A DNA stretch of 64,000 nucleotides, taken from NCBI RefSeq assembly GCF_009914755.1, contig NC_060929.1; one strand, given 5' to 3'. The stretch is from the human T2T-CHM13v2.0 reference genome, Homo sapiens. The notes under the pieces are model-generated. The model worked only from the letters and a program-made list of their open reading frames with translations. It was not told the DNA's origin and made no database searches. The translations under genes and the position numbers were made by a program. How positions within the stretch are numbered: position 1 is the stretch's first letter; the number at the start of each line of letters is the position of its first letter. This document shows positions 1 through 13,349 of this stretch, piece by piece.

Positions 1-260
1 CTTAGTGAGCAGCTCTCTTCCTGGCTTGTAGACGGTTGCTTTCTCCTGTATCCTCATGTGGCCTTTCCTTCCTGTGTGCGCGCAGAGAGGGATCTCCCTC
101 TCTATTTCGTCTTATTTGGCCTCTCAATTTATTACATTAGAACGTCTACCTTTATGAGCTCATTTAACTTTACCTCTTAAAAGCTCTATCTCTAAATATA
201 GTCACATCAGAAATTAAACTTTCATCATAATAATTTTGGGTGACACAATAGCCCATGGCA
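1..260 (-). mobile_element. MaLR LTR fragment (MLT1A/B-like)
   Basis: Ends in ...ttttgggtgacacaatagcccatggca, the reverse complement of the MLT1B-type start. Internal motifs ctctcttcctggcttgtagacgg and ctcatttaac are typical of the family. Confidence 0.7.
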
Positions 261-1280
261 CAAACCTCTGAGTTTGGTAATGAAAAAAAAAAAAAGGCAC
301 ACTCTCAAGTGGCAGTCATATATTTCCATAGATGGGATGAAGTAAATTGAAACCAATGAAGGATGAAGGCATTAGAACTCTGCACCAAACTGTCTAAGGA
401 AGACACAAATAGGGTGGTATTGTTGGTTATGGTGCAATGTCCCACAACCACTGAGAGTTTCCAGGATATTGGTAATTGGCAGCTAGCAACTTTCTAGGAG
501 AAGTAGCAGTATCAGTTTTAAAAGTGGAATGGATTAGTCTTGTAGATGGAATATGTTATAATATTACTACACCAACTCCTTCTATAGAAGTATTCAGAAA
601 AACAGGAACTATAAAAGATAGAAAATAAAGAGATAACTAAAACTTTAAATGCAGGAAGGGGTAATGATAATACTAATAAAGTTATGTCTTTTTATTCTTA
701 AAATAATGTAATAAGAAATCTGCTTACAAATTAATGTTTGAAAATTTGTGTTTTTAATAAGCACCCCTTCCTTGGGGCATTATTGATTCTACACTTTGTG
801 ATTTGTGCAATCTAATAATATTTTAGTGATGTATATAGTATAAAGTTCAGATGTACAAGAGACTACTGAAAAAAAACAATAAAAATTATTTAATGCAGAA
901 ATGAAGCATCATTAGCAAATGTACAAAAAGCTATCTATTTCTTCTTAAAAGACAAATGAGTACCGTATGGCTGAGCATATAATGTCCCAAGTATAAATGT
1001 TTTAGTTAAATGTGCCTTCAAAATTTTGAAAATATCACATTATTTTAATTTCCTGAGTACCTAGATTTTTGAAATTAACCTACATGTTATCATAATTACT
1101 TATCACCAATATGATTCTTTTCAAGGTGAACTTCTAAGATATAAGAAGAGAGGGACTGGTGTTGTACATACATAGTAAAATATTATAAACATATTTATAT
1201 GAAAGGTTTCACAAAAAGGAAACTACGGGCAATGTAGGAAGAATTAGATGGACATACCTGAATAATAAGAATCAATATAC

Positions 1281-1815
1281 CTGTGATAGGTATGTCTAAG
1301 GTCCCCCCTATTGATGTTCACAGCCTGGTATTTATAGCCTAATAATGATTCTTTCTCTTTGAATAGCTTTCTTCTACCAAACAGTATACCTCAATGTGTA
1401 GTAAAATGTCACTTAGACATTAGATTATAAGAGACTGACTTTTGCTTGCTAGCATACATTCTCTCTTTCTGGCTTTCATTAAAAAGTTGCCATTTGAGGA
1501 AGTCCATATGACAAGAAACTGAGGGTAGTCTCAGGCCTTCAGTCAGTTTGAAACTGATGCCCTCAGTCCAAGTACTCAAAAAGAACCCAAACTATGTAAA
1601 TGACCTTGGAAGTAAGTTCTCACCTGTGGAGCCTTCAGATGAGACTCCATCTCTTGATGACACCTTGATTGCAGCCTCATGAAAGACACTAAATTGGAGG
1701 TCCCAGCTAAGCTGCCACTGGATTTCTGACTGACAGAAACTGTGAGAAATGAATTTATGCTATTTTAAGCCAGCAGGATTGTGGTAATCTGTTACATAGC
1801 AACAGATAACTAATA
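1281..1815 (+). mobile_element. MaLR LTR (MLT1E/F-like)
   Basis: Contains gagccttcagatgagact, acaccttgattgcagcc, cccagctaagctg, acagaaactgtgaga and the 3' end tgttacatagcaacagataactaata. Confidence 0.8.
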
Positions 1816-1902
1816 AAATATCTTTCTTAACCAAGGCTATATCAAGGCAAAAATTCAATAAAAATATCGAAAGCATAAACAATACAATGAAAAAGTCTAT
1901 CT

Positions 1903-2320
1903 CGTGGATAGTGTATTTCTGTTTATGTCAAATTGACCAGGCTACGGTTCCTAGTTATTCAATCAAATGCTAGTATAGGTATAGGTATTGCTATGAATGT
2001 ATTTTATTAAGGTGATTAAAGTCCATAATCAGTTGGCTTTAAATAAGAGCAATTATCTTATATATTCTGTATGTCTTAATGTAATCCATTGAAGAACCTC
2101 AAGAGCAAATTTGAGGCTTTCCTGAAGAAGATATTCTGTCTGTGAATAGCAGCTTTAACTTGCGGCACAGAGAATTTTAGTTTGCCCTCCCAGCAGCCTG
2201 TCAAACACTTTTAGACTTCCTGAGCCATCCCACATAATCATATAAATCCGTTCCTTGCATTAAATTTCTTAGACTATATCTCCAATTGGTTATGTTTCTC
2301 TGGTAGAAAGCTAACAGATT
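1903..2320 (+). mobile_element. ERVL LTR (MLT2D-like)
   Basis: Runs tttatgtcaaattgaccaggctac...ttcctgaagaagatattctg...tccaattggttatgtttctctggtagaa, the MLT2 hallmark start and end. Confidence 0.8.
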
Positions 2321-2810
2321 TAGACTTTTGTACTGAAGGTGGTTTTGAAAGAACAGAATTTTAAGAATGTGCTTTCCAAATTAGTTATGAGTTTCCTGAA
2401 ATTGGTTCTCTAATCTAGTTAAATTTCTAGGCGTTAATGAGTTTATTTCTAGTGGTAAAGACAGCAGAGGTAGATCATGGCATGATCTAATAACAGAGAT
2501 ATGTAAAATGTCACCAATGTTTATCCCTAATTAAATGCCTGTAGACATCGAAGTTTTTGACTATTTATTTGATATCTAGAACATTTGAGTCTAATTAAGG
2601 AGTATAATAGGTTTGTCTGGTTGCTGGAAACTGCTCTGGAAAAGTGAAGAAAGGAAATAATTGCTCAGGCCTTCCAAGTTCCAGCTCAAGCTCTATAGTG
2701 ATGACATGAATGCATCTAAACATGCTCCTAAAGAAATCCATGTTATCTCCTGCAGTCATAAAGACAAAATATCTGAAAACCAATCTCACAGTTATCCCTC
2801 AAATGGCCAA
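2321..2810 (+). mobile_element. ERVL internal sequence (5' leader and degraded gag)
   Basis: Directly follows the MLT2 LTR. ttttgtactgaaggtggtttt...aacagaattttaag leader and tcatggcatgatcta...gagatatgtaaaat resemble the HERV-L gag start. Confidence 0.65.
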
Positions 2811-2819
2811 TAGAGGTAG

Positions 2820-3220
2820 TCAATAAACTTCTTTATCAATAATAATAATATTGATGAAAATCAGTAATAGCAAAACAACCTCCTTTCCAGATACAAAAAT
2901 TTGCCAAATCTATCAAAATAATAGTAACAAATAATTAAATATAAGTAATTAATACATGTAATTATTTTAAATACCCATAGGGTTCAACTAAAATAGTACT
3001 TACGGATAACTTTATTACACCAAATACATACATTAATGGAAAAAGAGAAATTATACATTAAAGTAAAATTCACTACAGAAAAAGTAAATCAAAAATGAAA
3101 AGGATGCAGGAAATAACATGCATATAAACAGAAACTAGTAAATTGTGACAGAAAATATACTGGAACTAAATAAAAGCTAATTCTTTACAAAAAACAATAA
3201 AGTAGTATAATTTAAAGGGA
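2820..3220 (+). mobile_element. Old L1 (L1M/ME) ORF2 fragment, part 1 of the host element
   Basis: A-rich. Degenerate KAVLRGKFIALNAYI-like (aatagtacttacggataactttattacaccaaatacatacatt) and KSWFFEKINK-like (aaaagctaattctttacaaaaaacaataaa) segments. Confidence 0.55.
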
Positions 3221-6027
3221 AGATGGAGGGGTGGAGCAAGATGGCTGAATAGAAGGCTCCACTGATCATCCTCCCAATGAGGACACCAGTTTATTATCTA
3301 CACACACACACACAAAAGCACCTTAATAAAACCCCCAAATCATGTGAACATTCACAATACCTGGTATCAACCTTATATCACTGGAAGAAGCACTGAGGAG
3401 GGTAAAAAACAGTCTTGAATCACAAATGTCACCTTTTCACCACCCCAGCACTGGCATCATGGCACAAAGAGAGAATCTGTCAACTTGGCAGAGTGAGAAG
3501 TTAGCAATTACGAGACACTGCATTGAACTCAGAGCTGCCTGTCATAGCAGAAAGCAAAACCAGGTTGAACTCAGCTGCCTCTCACAGAAGAAGTTTAAAC
3601 CAGCCCTAGCCAGAGAAGAATCGCCCTTCTTAGTAGTCGGAACTTTAGTTCTGGCAAACCTCACCACCATGTGCTCTGAGCTCTAAATAAACTTGAAAGG
3701 CAATGTAGACCACGATGACTGCAACTGCTAGATTAGTCCTAGTGCTGAACTGGTCTCAGAGCCAGTGAACTGGGAGGACACGTGAACTATTGAGGCAACA
3801 GCCGGAGCAGCAAAAGGAGAGCTTCTGCCAGCCCTCCCCCAGACCCAGGCTGCACAGCTTGCAGCTGCAAAGGGGGCCCCTTCCTTTTGTTTGAGGAGAG
3901 TAGGGAGGACTTTTTCTTGCATCTTGGGTACCAGCTCAGGCACAGTAGGATAGGGCACCAGTCAGAGTCGTGAGGCTCCCCTTCCAGACTCTAGCTCCCA
4001 GACAACATTTCTAGACACACACTGGGTCAGAAGGGAATGCACTGCCTTACAGGGAAGGACCCAGTCTCAGCATGATCCATCAGCTGCTGACTAATAAGCC
4101 CTTGGGATCTGAATAACCAGCAGTGATACCCAGGTAGTACATTGTAGGCCTTGGGTGAGACTCTGAGACTAGCTGATTTAGGTGAGACTCAGCATGTTCC
4201 CAGCTGTGATGTCTATGGGGAAAGACTCCTTTTGCTTGAGAATATTGGAGGGAAAACTAAAGGGGACTTTGTTTTGCACCTAAGGTACCAGCTCAGCTTA
4301 AGGTGGATAGAGCAGCAAGCAGGCTCATGAGTTCCCAATTCCAGGCCTTGGCTCTTAGAAAGGATTTCTGGACCTGCCCTGGGCCAGAGAGGAACCCACT
4401 ACCCTGAAGGTTAAGTCTCAGACAGGGAAGTATTCACCACAAGCTGACTGAAGAGCCTTTGAGCTTTGAAGGGTCATTGGCGGTAGCCTGGAAGTACTCC
4501 TCCTAAGCCTGTGCTTCTGGTGGCCACAGGGTGACGCTCCTCTGCCTGTGGAAAGGGGAAGGAAGAGTGAGAAGGACTGTCTCATAGTGCCAGTTCAGGT
4601 GGAGTACAATAGAACATTATGTAGACTTCCATGGTTTTTGACCCTAGTCCCTGGCTCCCAAATGGAAGCTCCAGACCTGCTTGGAGCCTGAGGGATCTTG
4701 CTGCCCTAAAGTGAAGGACACAAGCCCAACTGGATTTGCTACCTGGTGATTGGAGAGTCCCAGGGTCTTGCGCAAACATAGGTGGTAGTCACATAGTGAT
4801 TAGAGAGGGCATTGGGCAAGAACCTGTGCTTTGCTGGCCTTGGGTATGACCCAGAACATTTCAAGTGGTGGTGGCCACAGAGGGGCTTGTGTCACTCCAG
4901 GCCATTTAGAACAGAGAGAGAAGGACTTCCTGTGTAATAAAGCAAAAAAAGGTATAGTAGTATCTGGCTGGTAATACAGAGAACCCTTCTGGATATTATC
5001 CAAGACAATCAAGGAGGTTTACAAGTCTGCAAGGGTTATTGAACTTGGAGTGCCTCCCAATGCAGATAAGGCCTAGATCACAACATACAAGTTTTTCTGA
5101 ATACCTAGAAAGCCTTCTCAAGAAATTTGGGTAAAAATAAGAATAAACTGAGAAGACTACAGTAAGTACCTAATTCTTCAATGCCCAGACAGAGATAATA
5201 TTCACAAACATCAATATCCTCCAGGAAAACATGACATCTCCAAATGAACTCAATAAGGCACCACGGACCAAACCTGGAGAAACAGAGATATGTGACCTTT
5301 CAGGCAGAGAATGCAAAATAGCTATCTTGAGGAAACTCAAAGAAATTCAAGATAATATAGAGAAGGAATTAAGAGATCTATCAGATAAACTTAACAAAGA
5401 AATGAAAATAATTAGAAAGAATCAAGCAGGAATTCTAGAGTTTAAACATGTAATTGACACACTGAAGAATGCATGAGATTCTTTTCGTAGCAGAATTATT
5501 AAGCATGAGAATTAGTGGGCTTGAAGACAGGCTATTTGAGAATACAGTCAAAGGAGATAAAGGAAGAAAGAATCAAAAACAAAGAAGCATGCCTACAGAA
5601 TCCAGAAAAGAGTTTCAAAAGGGCAAATTTAAGAGTAATTGGCCTTAAAGAGGAGGTAGAGGAGACAGGAGTAAAAAATTTAATCAAAGGGTAATAGCAG
5701 AGAACTTCACAAATCTGGAGAAATATATCAATATTGAAATACAGGAAAGTTATAGAACACCAAGGAGAATTAACCCAAAGCAGACTACATCAAAGCATTT
5801 GATAATGAAACTCCCAAAACTCAAGTATAAAGAAAGGATCTTAGAAGAAGCAAGAAAAAAGAAACAAATAACATTCAATGGATCTCTAATACATCTGGCA
5901 GCCACCTTTTCAGTGGAACCCTTACAGGCCAGAAGGGGTACCTTATATGACATATATAAAGTACTCAAAAAAAACCTTTTACCCTAGAGTAGTATATCTG
6001 GCAAAAATTTCCTTCAGATGTGAGGAA

Positions 6028-6030
<3 letters not shown>

Positions 6031-6063
<33 letters not shown>
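6031..6063 (+). repeat. (CAA)n microsatellite
   Basis: About 11 CAA units with one interruption. Confidence 0.9.
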
Positions 6064-6100
6064 AACACTATCCCAGGTAAACAAAGCTGAGGAATTTCAT

Positions 6101-6743
6101 CTCAGCCACTTTACCAGCTGGGGACCTCCATAGCTGGTGATTCTCCCTCACCACCTAGGCCTCATTTGTGCCTGGGCCTTCCACTCTAGGCACCCCACCA
6201 ACTTGGCCTGACTGTATTATACCTTGTACCCATATTCAGTGGTTCCTGAACTCTTGTCCTGAGACCAAAAAGAATGATACACTGACAATTTGAATAATGA
6301 GGAGGGCAGGGAAGAATTTTATTGAGTGACAGATCAACTATCAGTGAACAGAGAATGCAGGGATGGTACCCCCAATCCCTTCAGTCAGGTGGTTTTTCTC
6401 TCAGCGTGTCTGGGTCCGGGGCTTTTATGGGCACATAATAGGGGAGTGCATGCTAATTGGTTTGTAAGTAGGCACAAAAGGTTAAAGCAAATACACTACT
6501 CAGAGATGGGCACAACAGTGTAGAAAACCAATTAGAAAAGGGTAGGTATATGTAAAATAGGTGAAGAGTGGGGATGAATCAGAGAAAAGTGTGCCAAACA
6601 GGAAGACAGGTTCTCAATCCAGTCTATGGATTTGACTGGTAGCTTGGCTTTCAGGCTTCAAACTGTCTTTAGCTTGGAGGTAAGGATTCCACCGGGGACC
6701 CATCCATATCTGCCTAGGCATTTGCCTGTCTCCTCCACTATCA
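6101..6743 (-). mobile_element. ERV1 solo LTR (LTR27/LTR28/MER52 group), one terminus missing
   Basis: Reverse complement begins tgatagtggaggagacaggcaaatgcctaggcagat...gggtccccggtgg. A minus-strand aataaa appears as tttatt at 6318-6323. Confidence 0.75.
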
Positions 6744-7211
6744 GTATGTATGGCAAAAATGTCCTTCAGATGCAAAGGAGAAATAAAGACTACCCCAGAC
6801 AAACAAAGCTGAGGGATTTCATTAACACTAGACCTGCCCTATAAGAAATAATAAAGAGAGTACTACAAACAGAAAGAAAAGGATGGTAATGAGCAATAAG
6901 AAATCATTGAAGGTACAGAAGTCACTGGTACTAGTAAGCACACAGAAAAACTCAGAGTAGTATAACACTGTAACTGTGATATGTAAGCTATTCTTATCTT
7001 AATTAGAAAGACTAAACAATGAACCAATCAAAAGTAATAACTACAACAACTTTTCAAGATATAAACAGTACAATATAAATAGAAACAATATAATGTTAAA
7101 AGTCAGGGGAAAAATTAAAGTATAGTGCTTTTATTAGTTTTCTCTCTGCTTCTTTGTTTGTTTGCTTCTTTTTAAAAACATTGTTAAGTTGTTATCATCT
7201 TAAAATAATGG

Positions 7212-7539
7212 GGCCAGGTGCTGTGGCTCATCCTTATAATCCCAGCACTTTGGGAGGCTGAGGTGGGCAGATTGCTTGAGGTCAGGAGTTTGAGACCAGC
7301 CCAGCCAACATGGCAAAACCCCATCTGTACTAAAAATGTACAACAATTATAATGAGCCAGACATGGTGTCATGCACCTGTAATTGCAGCCACTCAGATGT
7401 CTGGGGCACGAGAATTGCTTGATCCTGGCAGGGAGAGGTTGCAGAGTCGAGATCACACCACTGCACTCCAGCCTGGGTGACAGAGCAAGACTCTGTCTCA
7501 AAATAAATAGATAAGTACATACATACATACATAATAAAA
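7212..7539 (+). mobile_element. Alu (AluS/J) with (TACA)n tail
   Basis: Full dimer. TSD taaaataatggg at 7201-7212 and 7540-7551. Confidence 0.95.
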
Positions 7540-8679
7540 TAAAATAATGGGTTATAAGACATTACTTGCAAGCCACATAGTAACCTGAAATCAAAACACA
7601 CAAAACAAGTACACCAAAAATAAAAAGATATTGAATCATACCACCAGAGAAAATCACTTTTACTGAAAGAAAGCAAAGAAAGAAGAGAAGACCACAATCC
7701 ATCAGAAGACACATAACAAAATGGCAGGAGTACGTCCTTACTCTCTAATCAAAAGACATACAGTAACCAAGTGGGTGAAAAAAAAAAACAAAAAAAACCC
7801 AATGATCTGTTGCCTACAAGAAACAAGCCTTACCTCTAAAGATATACATAGGCTGAAAATACAGAGGTTGAAAAAAAATGTTTCATGCCAATGGGAACCA
7901 AAAAAGGCAGCAGTAGCTATACTTATACCAGACAAAAATAGATAGCAAAGCAAAAACGATAGGAAGATAAAAAGAAGATAACTATATAATGATAGACAGG
8001 TTAATTCAGCAAGAGGATACAACAATTTTAAATATATGTGCATTTAACAGTGGCACACCCAGATATATAAAAGAAATATTATTAGAGATAAAAAGAGAGA
8101 TAGATTCCAATACAATAACAGCTGCAAACTTCAATGCTTCATTTTCAGCACTGGACAGCTCTTCCAAGTGGAAAATAAAAAAAACCTCGGAGTTAATCTG
8201 CGCTATAGACTGAGTGGAGCTAATAGATATTTACAGAACATTATCCAACGGCCACAAAATACACATTTATTTTCTCAACACATAGATCATTTTCAAGGAC
8301 AGACCAACTATATGTTAGTTCACAAAGCAAGTATTAAGACATTCAAATAAATTAAAATAATATCAAGCATCTTCTCTGACTACAAAGGAATAAACTAGAA
8401 ACCAATAACAAGACAAATTTTGGAAACTACAAAAATACCTGGAAGTTAATCAATATACTCCCATATGACCAGTGGGTTAACAATGTATAAGGAACTCAAA
8501 CAAATCTATAGGAAAAAATCTAATAATCTGTTTTAAAAATGGGCAGAGAAGTGATGATACCCCAGTTACTATGATGTGATAATTACACACTGCTTGCCTC
8601 TATCAAAATATCTCATGTAACCCCAAAACATATACACCTACCATGTACCCACAAAAATTTAACAAAAGGAAAGAAAGTT

Positions 8680-9625
8680 GCACAATTACACAAAAAAAAT
8701 GACAAATGATGAAGTGTATGCATTGAAACAATGAAAATTTAAAAAATATATGAAGAGCTAGTTTGTATACATCTAAAACTATTTTGAAATACACTAGCTA
8801 AAAATAAATGTCATGGATAGTTCTATAAAAAATATAACTTACCCAAACCAAAAAAGAAGAAAATTCTAAATAAATCCATTTCCATAGAGAAGCATACGAA
8901 AATATCACTGCTTTCTTACAAATAATAGGAACAGCTCAGGATGGTCTCACATCTGCATAAAAAATTTTCTAAACATTCTAACAATATGTTAGAATGTTTA
9001 GAAATATGTGAACAATATGTTAGAATGTTAACAATATGTTAGAATGTCAGATAACAAACTCCAAGACTCCATTAACTCATTTAACTTTCCAGGGTAGAAA
9101 ACAGGGGTAAAGTATTCAAATTATTTTTTTGTGAAATACCAATAACATTGGTATAAATTACAAGCAATGTTACATAATAGGACAAATATGTATAAGGCCA
9201 ACGCTATTTTTGTATATTCCCTAAAGTTTTCAATTAAATATCAGCAAACAATAAAAGAACATATTAAATAAATATTATATGTTCCACTAAGTTATAGTGA
9301 TCACTTAAATCCAAAAAAGTATGTACTGCACAAAAAGAAATAAAAAAAATTGAAATGTAACTTACAATGAGACTCACATATATGCAGTCCATTGAATTTC
9401 AATGGAAGTATTAAAGCACTTAAATGTGTAAACTGTTTCAAAAAATTGTATAAAAATAACTGGATATTTGTATGTAAGGAGAAATGAACTCTGGTTTTTA
9501 TCTCACAACAAATACATCCATTAAATAAAAATGGATAATAGACCAAAATGTAAAAATTAAAATCCCAAAAATTCTAAAAGAAAACTTAAAAAAATTTGCA
9601 ATGTTTATATAGAAAAATAATTTGC
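8680..9625 (+). mobile_element. Old L1 ORF2 fragment, part 2 of the host element
   Basis: PGPDGFT-like cagctcaggatggtctcaca near 8935. PHIYGQLIFDKG-like gactcacatatatgcagtccattgaatttc near 9370. Confidence 0.55.
8966..9048. repeat. Perfect 18-bp inverted repeat plus three 19-bp direct copies
   Basis: tttctaaacattctaaca-ata-tgttagaatgtttagaaa at 8966-9004. Unit aacaatatgttagaatgt[t/c] at 8980, 9011 and 9030. Confidence 0.9.
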
Positions 9626-9634
9626 CTGCTTAAT

Positions 9635-12600
9635 GTGGCAACTATAGGCTAGAAATAGAGGGATGGAGGAAAATCTACCAATCAAATACGAAAGAGCAGG
9701 GGTTGCAATCTGAATTTCAGACAAAACATACTTTAAACAACAAAAATCAAACAGACAAAGAAGGGCGTTCAATAATTGTAAAAGGTTCAATTCAACAAGA
9801 AGATGTAACTATCATAAATATATAAGCACCCAAAACAGGAGCACCTGACTCATAAAGCAAGTTCTTAAAGACCTTGAAAGAGACTTAAACTACAACACGA
9901 TAATAGTGGGAGACTTCAACATTCCAATGACAGTATTAGACAGCTCATTGACGCAGAAAATTAAAATGGATATTCAGAACCTAAATTTAAGACTTGACCA
10001 AATGGATCTGATAGACATCTACTGAACTCTCCAACCCAAAACAACAGAATATACATCTGCACATGGCACATACACTAAAATCAACCACACAATTGGACAC
10101 AAAACAATCCTCAGCAAATACAAAATAATACAGAAAAAATGCCATCCACATTCAGGAACCACAGTGCAATAAAAATACAATTTAATATGAAAAATATCTC
10201 TCAAAACCCTCAATTTATAAGGAAACTAAACAACCTGTTTTTGAATGACTTTTGGGAAAATAATGAAATTAAGTCAGAAATCAGGAAGTTCTTTGAAACT
10301 AATGAGAACAAAGATACAATAAACCAGAAACTCTGGGGCACAGATAACAGAGTGTTAACAGGAAACTTTATAGCACAATAGACCACTAGCTAGACTAATG
10401 AAAAGGAAAAGAGAGAAGATCCAAATAAACACAATGAGAAATGACAAAAGGGATATTACCACTAACCCCACAAAAATATAGTAACCGTCAGAGACTATTA
10501 TGAAAACTTGCATGCACAGAAACTAAAAAATGTAGAATAAATGGGTAAATTCTTGGACAAATACACCTTTCCAAGACTGAACCAGGAAGAAATTGAATCC
10601 CTGAAAAGACCAATAATGAGCTTTGAAACTGAATCAGTAATAAACAGCCTACAAAGCAAAAAAAGCCCAGGACCAGATGGATTCACAGATGGATTGTACA
10701 ACCAAAGTCTACCAGTTGTAAAAAGAAGAGTTGCTACCATTCCTACTAAACTATTTCAAAAAAATTAAGCAGGAGGGACTCCTCCACAATTTATTCTATG
10801 AGGCCATTATTATCCTAATCCCAAAACCTGGCAGAGGCACACATGAAAAAGAAAACTTCCGGTCAATATTCGTGATGAACATTGATAAAAAAAAATCCTC
10901 AAAAAATATTAACAAATGGAATTCACCAGCACAACAAAAAGCTAACCCACCATGATGGAGTTGGTTTTATTGCTGAGATGCAAGTTTGCTTCAATATTCA
11001 CAAATTAATAAATGTGATTTGTCATATAAACAGAACTAAAGACAAAAACCACATGATTATCTCCATAGATGCAGAAAAGCCTTTAGATAAAATTCAACAC
11101 CTCTTTATGTTAAAAGTTCTCAATAAACTAGATATTGAAGGAACATGCCTCACAATAATAAATCATCTATGACAAACCCACAACCAAAATGGTATAAAGC
11201 TGGCAATATTCTCCCTGAAATCCGACACAAGAAAGGATGCCTTCTATCACTACATCATTCAAAATAATATTGGAAGTTTTGGCCAGAGCAATAAGGCAAG
11301 AGAAATAAATAAAGAGCATTGAAATAAAAAGAGAGAAGGTCAAACTATCCTTGTGTGCAGATGACATGATTCCGTATCTAGAAAATCCCATAGTCTTGGT
11401 TCAAAAGATCCTTAAGCTGATAAACAACTTTAGCAAAGTCTGAGAATACAAAAACAATGTACAAAAAACAGTAGTGTTCCTATACACCAACAACAGTGAA
11501 CCCAAGAGCCAAATCAAAAACACAATTCCAGTCAAAATTGCCACAAAAAGAATAAAATACCCAGGAATACAGTTAACCAGGGAGCTGGAAAATCTCTCCA
11601 ATGAGAATTACAAAATGCTGCTCAGAGAAATCAGAGATGACACAAACTAATGGAAAAACATTCCATGCCTCTGGAGAGGAAGAATTAATATTATTAAAAT
11701 GACCATAGTGGTCAAAGCAATTTAGAGATTCAATGTTATTCCTGTCAAACTACCAATGACATTCTTCACAGAACTAGAAAAAACTATATTAAAATTCATA
11801 TGGAGCCAAAAAAGAACCCAAATTGCCAAGGCAATCCTAAGCAAAAAGAACAAAGCTGGAGATATCACACTATCTGGCTTCAAACTATACTACAGGGCTA
11901 CAGTAGCCAAAAAAGCATGATACTGGTACAAAAGCAGATACATAGATGAATGGAAAAGATAGAGAGCCTGGAAATAAGGCCACACATCTACAACCATCTG
12001 ATCTTTGACAAAGCTGACAAAAACAAGCAATGGGGAAAGGACTCTCTATCTACTAAATGGTGCTGAGATAACTGCCTAACCATATGCATAAGATTGAAAC
12101 TGGACTCCTTCTTTAGACTATAGACAAAAATAAACTCTAAATAGATTAAAGACGTAAACTCAAAATAGATTAAAGAGTTAAATGTAAAACCCCAAACTGT
12201 AAAAACCCTGGAAGACAACCTAGTGATACCATTCTGGACATAAGAACTGGCAAAGATTTTATGGCAAAGATGCCAAAAGCAATTGCAACAAAAATAAAAA
12301 GTGATGTATGGAATCCAATTAAAATAAAGAGCTTAAGTGTAGGAAAAGAAACTATCAACAGAGTATGCAGACAACTTATAGCATGGGAGAAAATTTCTGC
12401 AAACTATGCATCTGACAAAAGTCTAATATCCAGCATCTATAAGGAATTTAAACAAATTTACAAGGGAAAAATATCCCATTAAAAAGCCAGCAGAAGACAT
12501 GAACAGACGCTTTTTAAAAGAAGACATACATGTGGCCAATGAGCATATGAAAAAAGGATTAGTATCACTGATTATTAGAGAAATGCAAATCAAAATTACA

Positions 12601-13345
12601 CTGAGGCACCATCTCACACCAGTCAGAATGACTGTAATTAAAAAGTCAAAAAAACCCAACAGATATTGGCAAGGTTGCAGAGAAAAGGGAATGCTTATAC
12701 ACTATTGTTGGGAGTGAAAATTAGTTTACCTGTTGTGGAAAGCCATGTGATGATTCCTGGAAGAGCTAAAAACAGAACTACCATTTGAGCCAGCAATCCC
12801 ATTACTTGGTATATACTAAAAGGAATACACATCATTCTATCATAAAGCCACATGTACATGAATATTCATTGAAGCATTATTCATAATAGCAAAGACATGG
12901 AATCAATCTAAATTTCCATCAGTGGAAGACTGGATATAGCACATGTGGTACATATACACCATGGAATTCTATGCAGCCATAAAAAAGAACAAGATCATGC
13001 ACTTTGTAGGAACATGGATGGAGCTAGAGTCCATTATCCTAAGTGAACTAATGCAGGTACAGAAAACCAAATACTGCATATTTTCACTTATAAGCAGGAG
13101 CTAAATGATGAGAACACATGGACACAAAGAGGGGAACAGCAGTCATTGGGGACTACAGGAGGGTGGAGGGCAGGAGGAGGGAGAAGATTCGAGAAACTAA
13201 CGATTGAGTGCTAGGCTTAGTACTTGGGTGATGACATAATCTGTAAATAAAAGCCCCATGAAATGAGTTTACATAAATAACAAAACTGCACATGTGCCCC
13301 TGAACCTAAAATAAGAGTTTATTAAGTAAGTAAAGAAACAAGAAG
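9635..13345 (+). mobile_element. 5'-truncated L1PA15/16-like element (ORF2 EN, RT, C-terminus, 3'UTR)
   Basis: ORF fragments KKSPGPDGF and [11 protein letters not shown], gcagatgacatg (ADDM), and HLTPVRM. 3' end ctgcacatgtgcccctgaacctaaaataagagtt. Confidence 0.9.
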
Positions 13346-13349
13346 ATAA

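Larger units (their letters stand above)
5231..6843 (+). pseudogene. Degraded L1 ORF1p (coiled-coil, RRM, CTD), with stops and frameshifts
   Basis: ORFs 5231-5476, 5799-5987 (KERILEEARKKKQITFNG...LQARR) and the 6626-6844 tail KLRDFINTRPAL are L1 ORF1 motifs. Confidence 0.85.
3225..8672 (+). mobile_element. L1MA-type (L1M1 5' end) element: 5'UTR, decayed ORF1, endonuclease region, internally deleted, L1MA 3' end
   Basis: 5' end ggagcaagatggctgaatagaaggctcc with YY1 motif. ORF1 MTSPNELNKAP... at 5231. ORF2 EN MAGV...ICCLQET at 7721. 3' end ...tatacacctaccatgtacccacaaaaattt. Interrupted by an LTR and an Alu. Confidence 0.9.

Noticed and set aside
8980-9048. Short direct repeats as a CRISPR-like array
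   Set aside because: No regular unique spacers, no cas genes, and a eukaryotic context.
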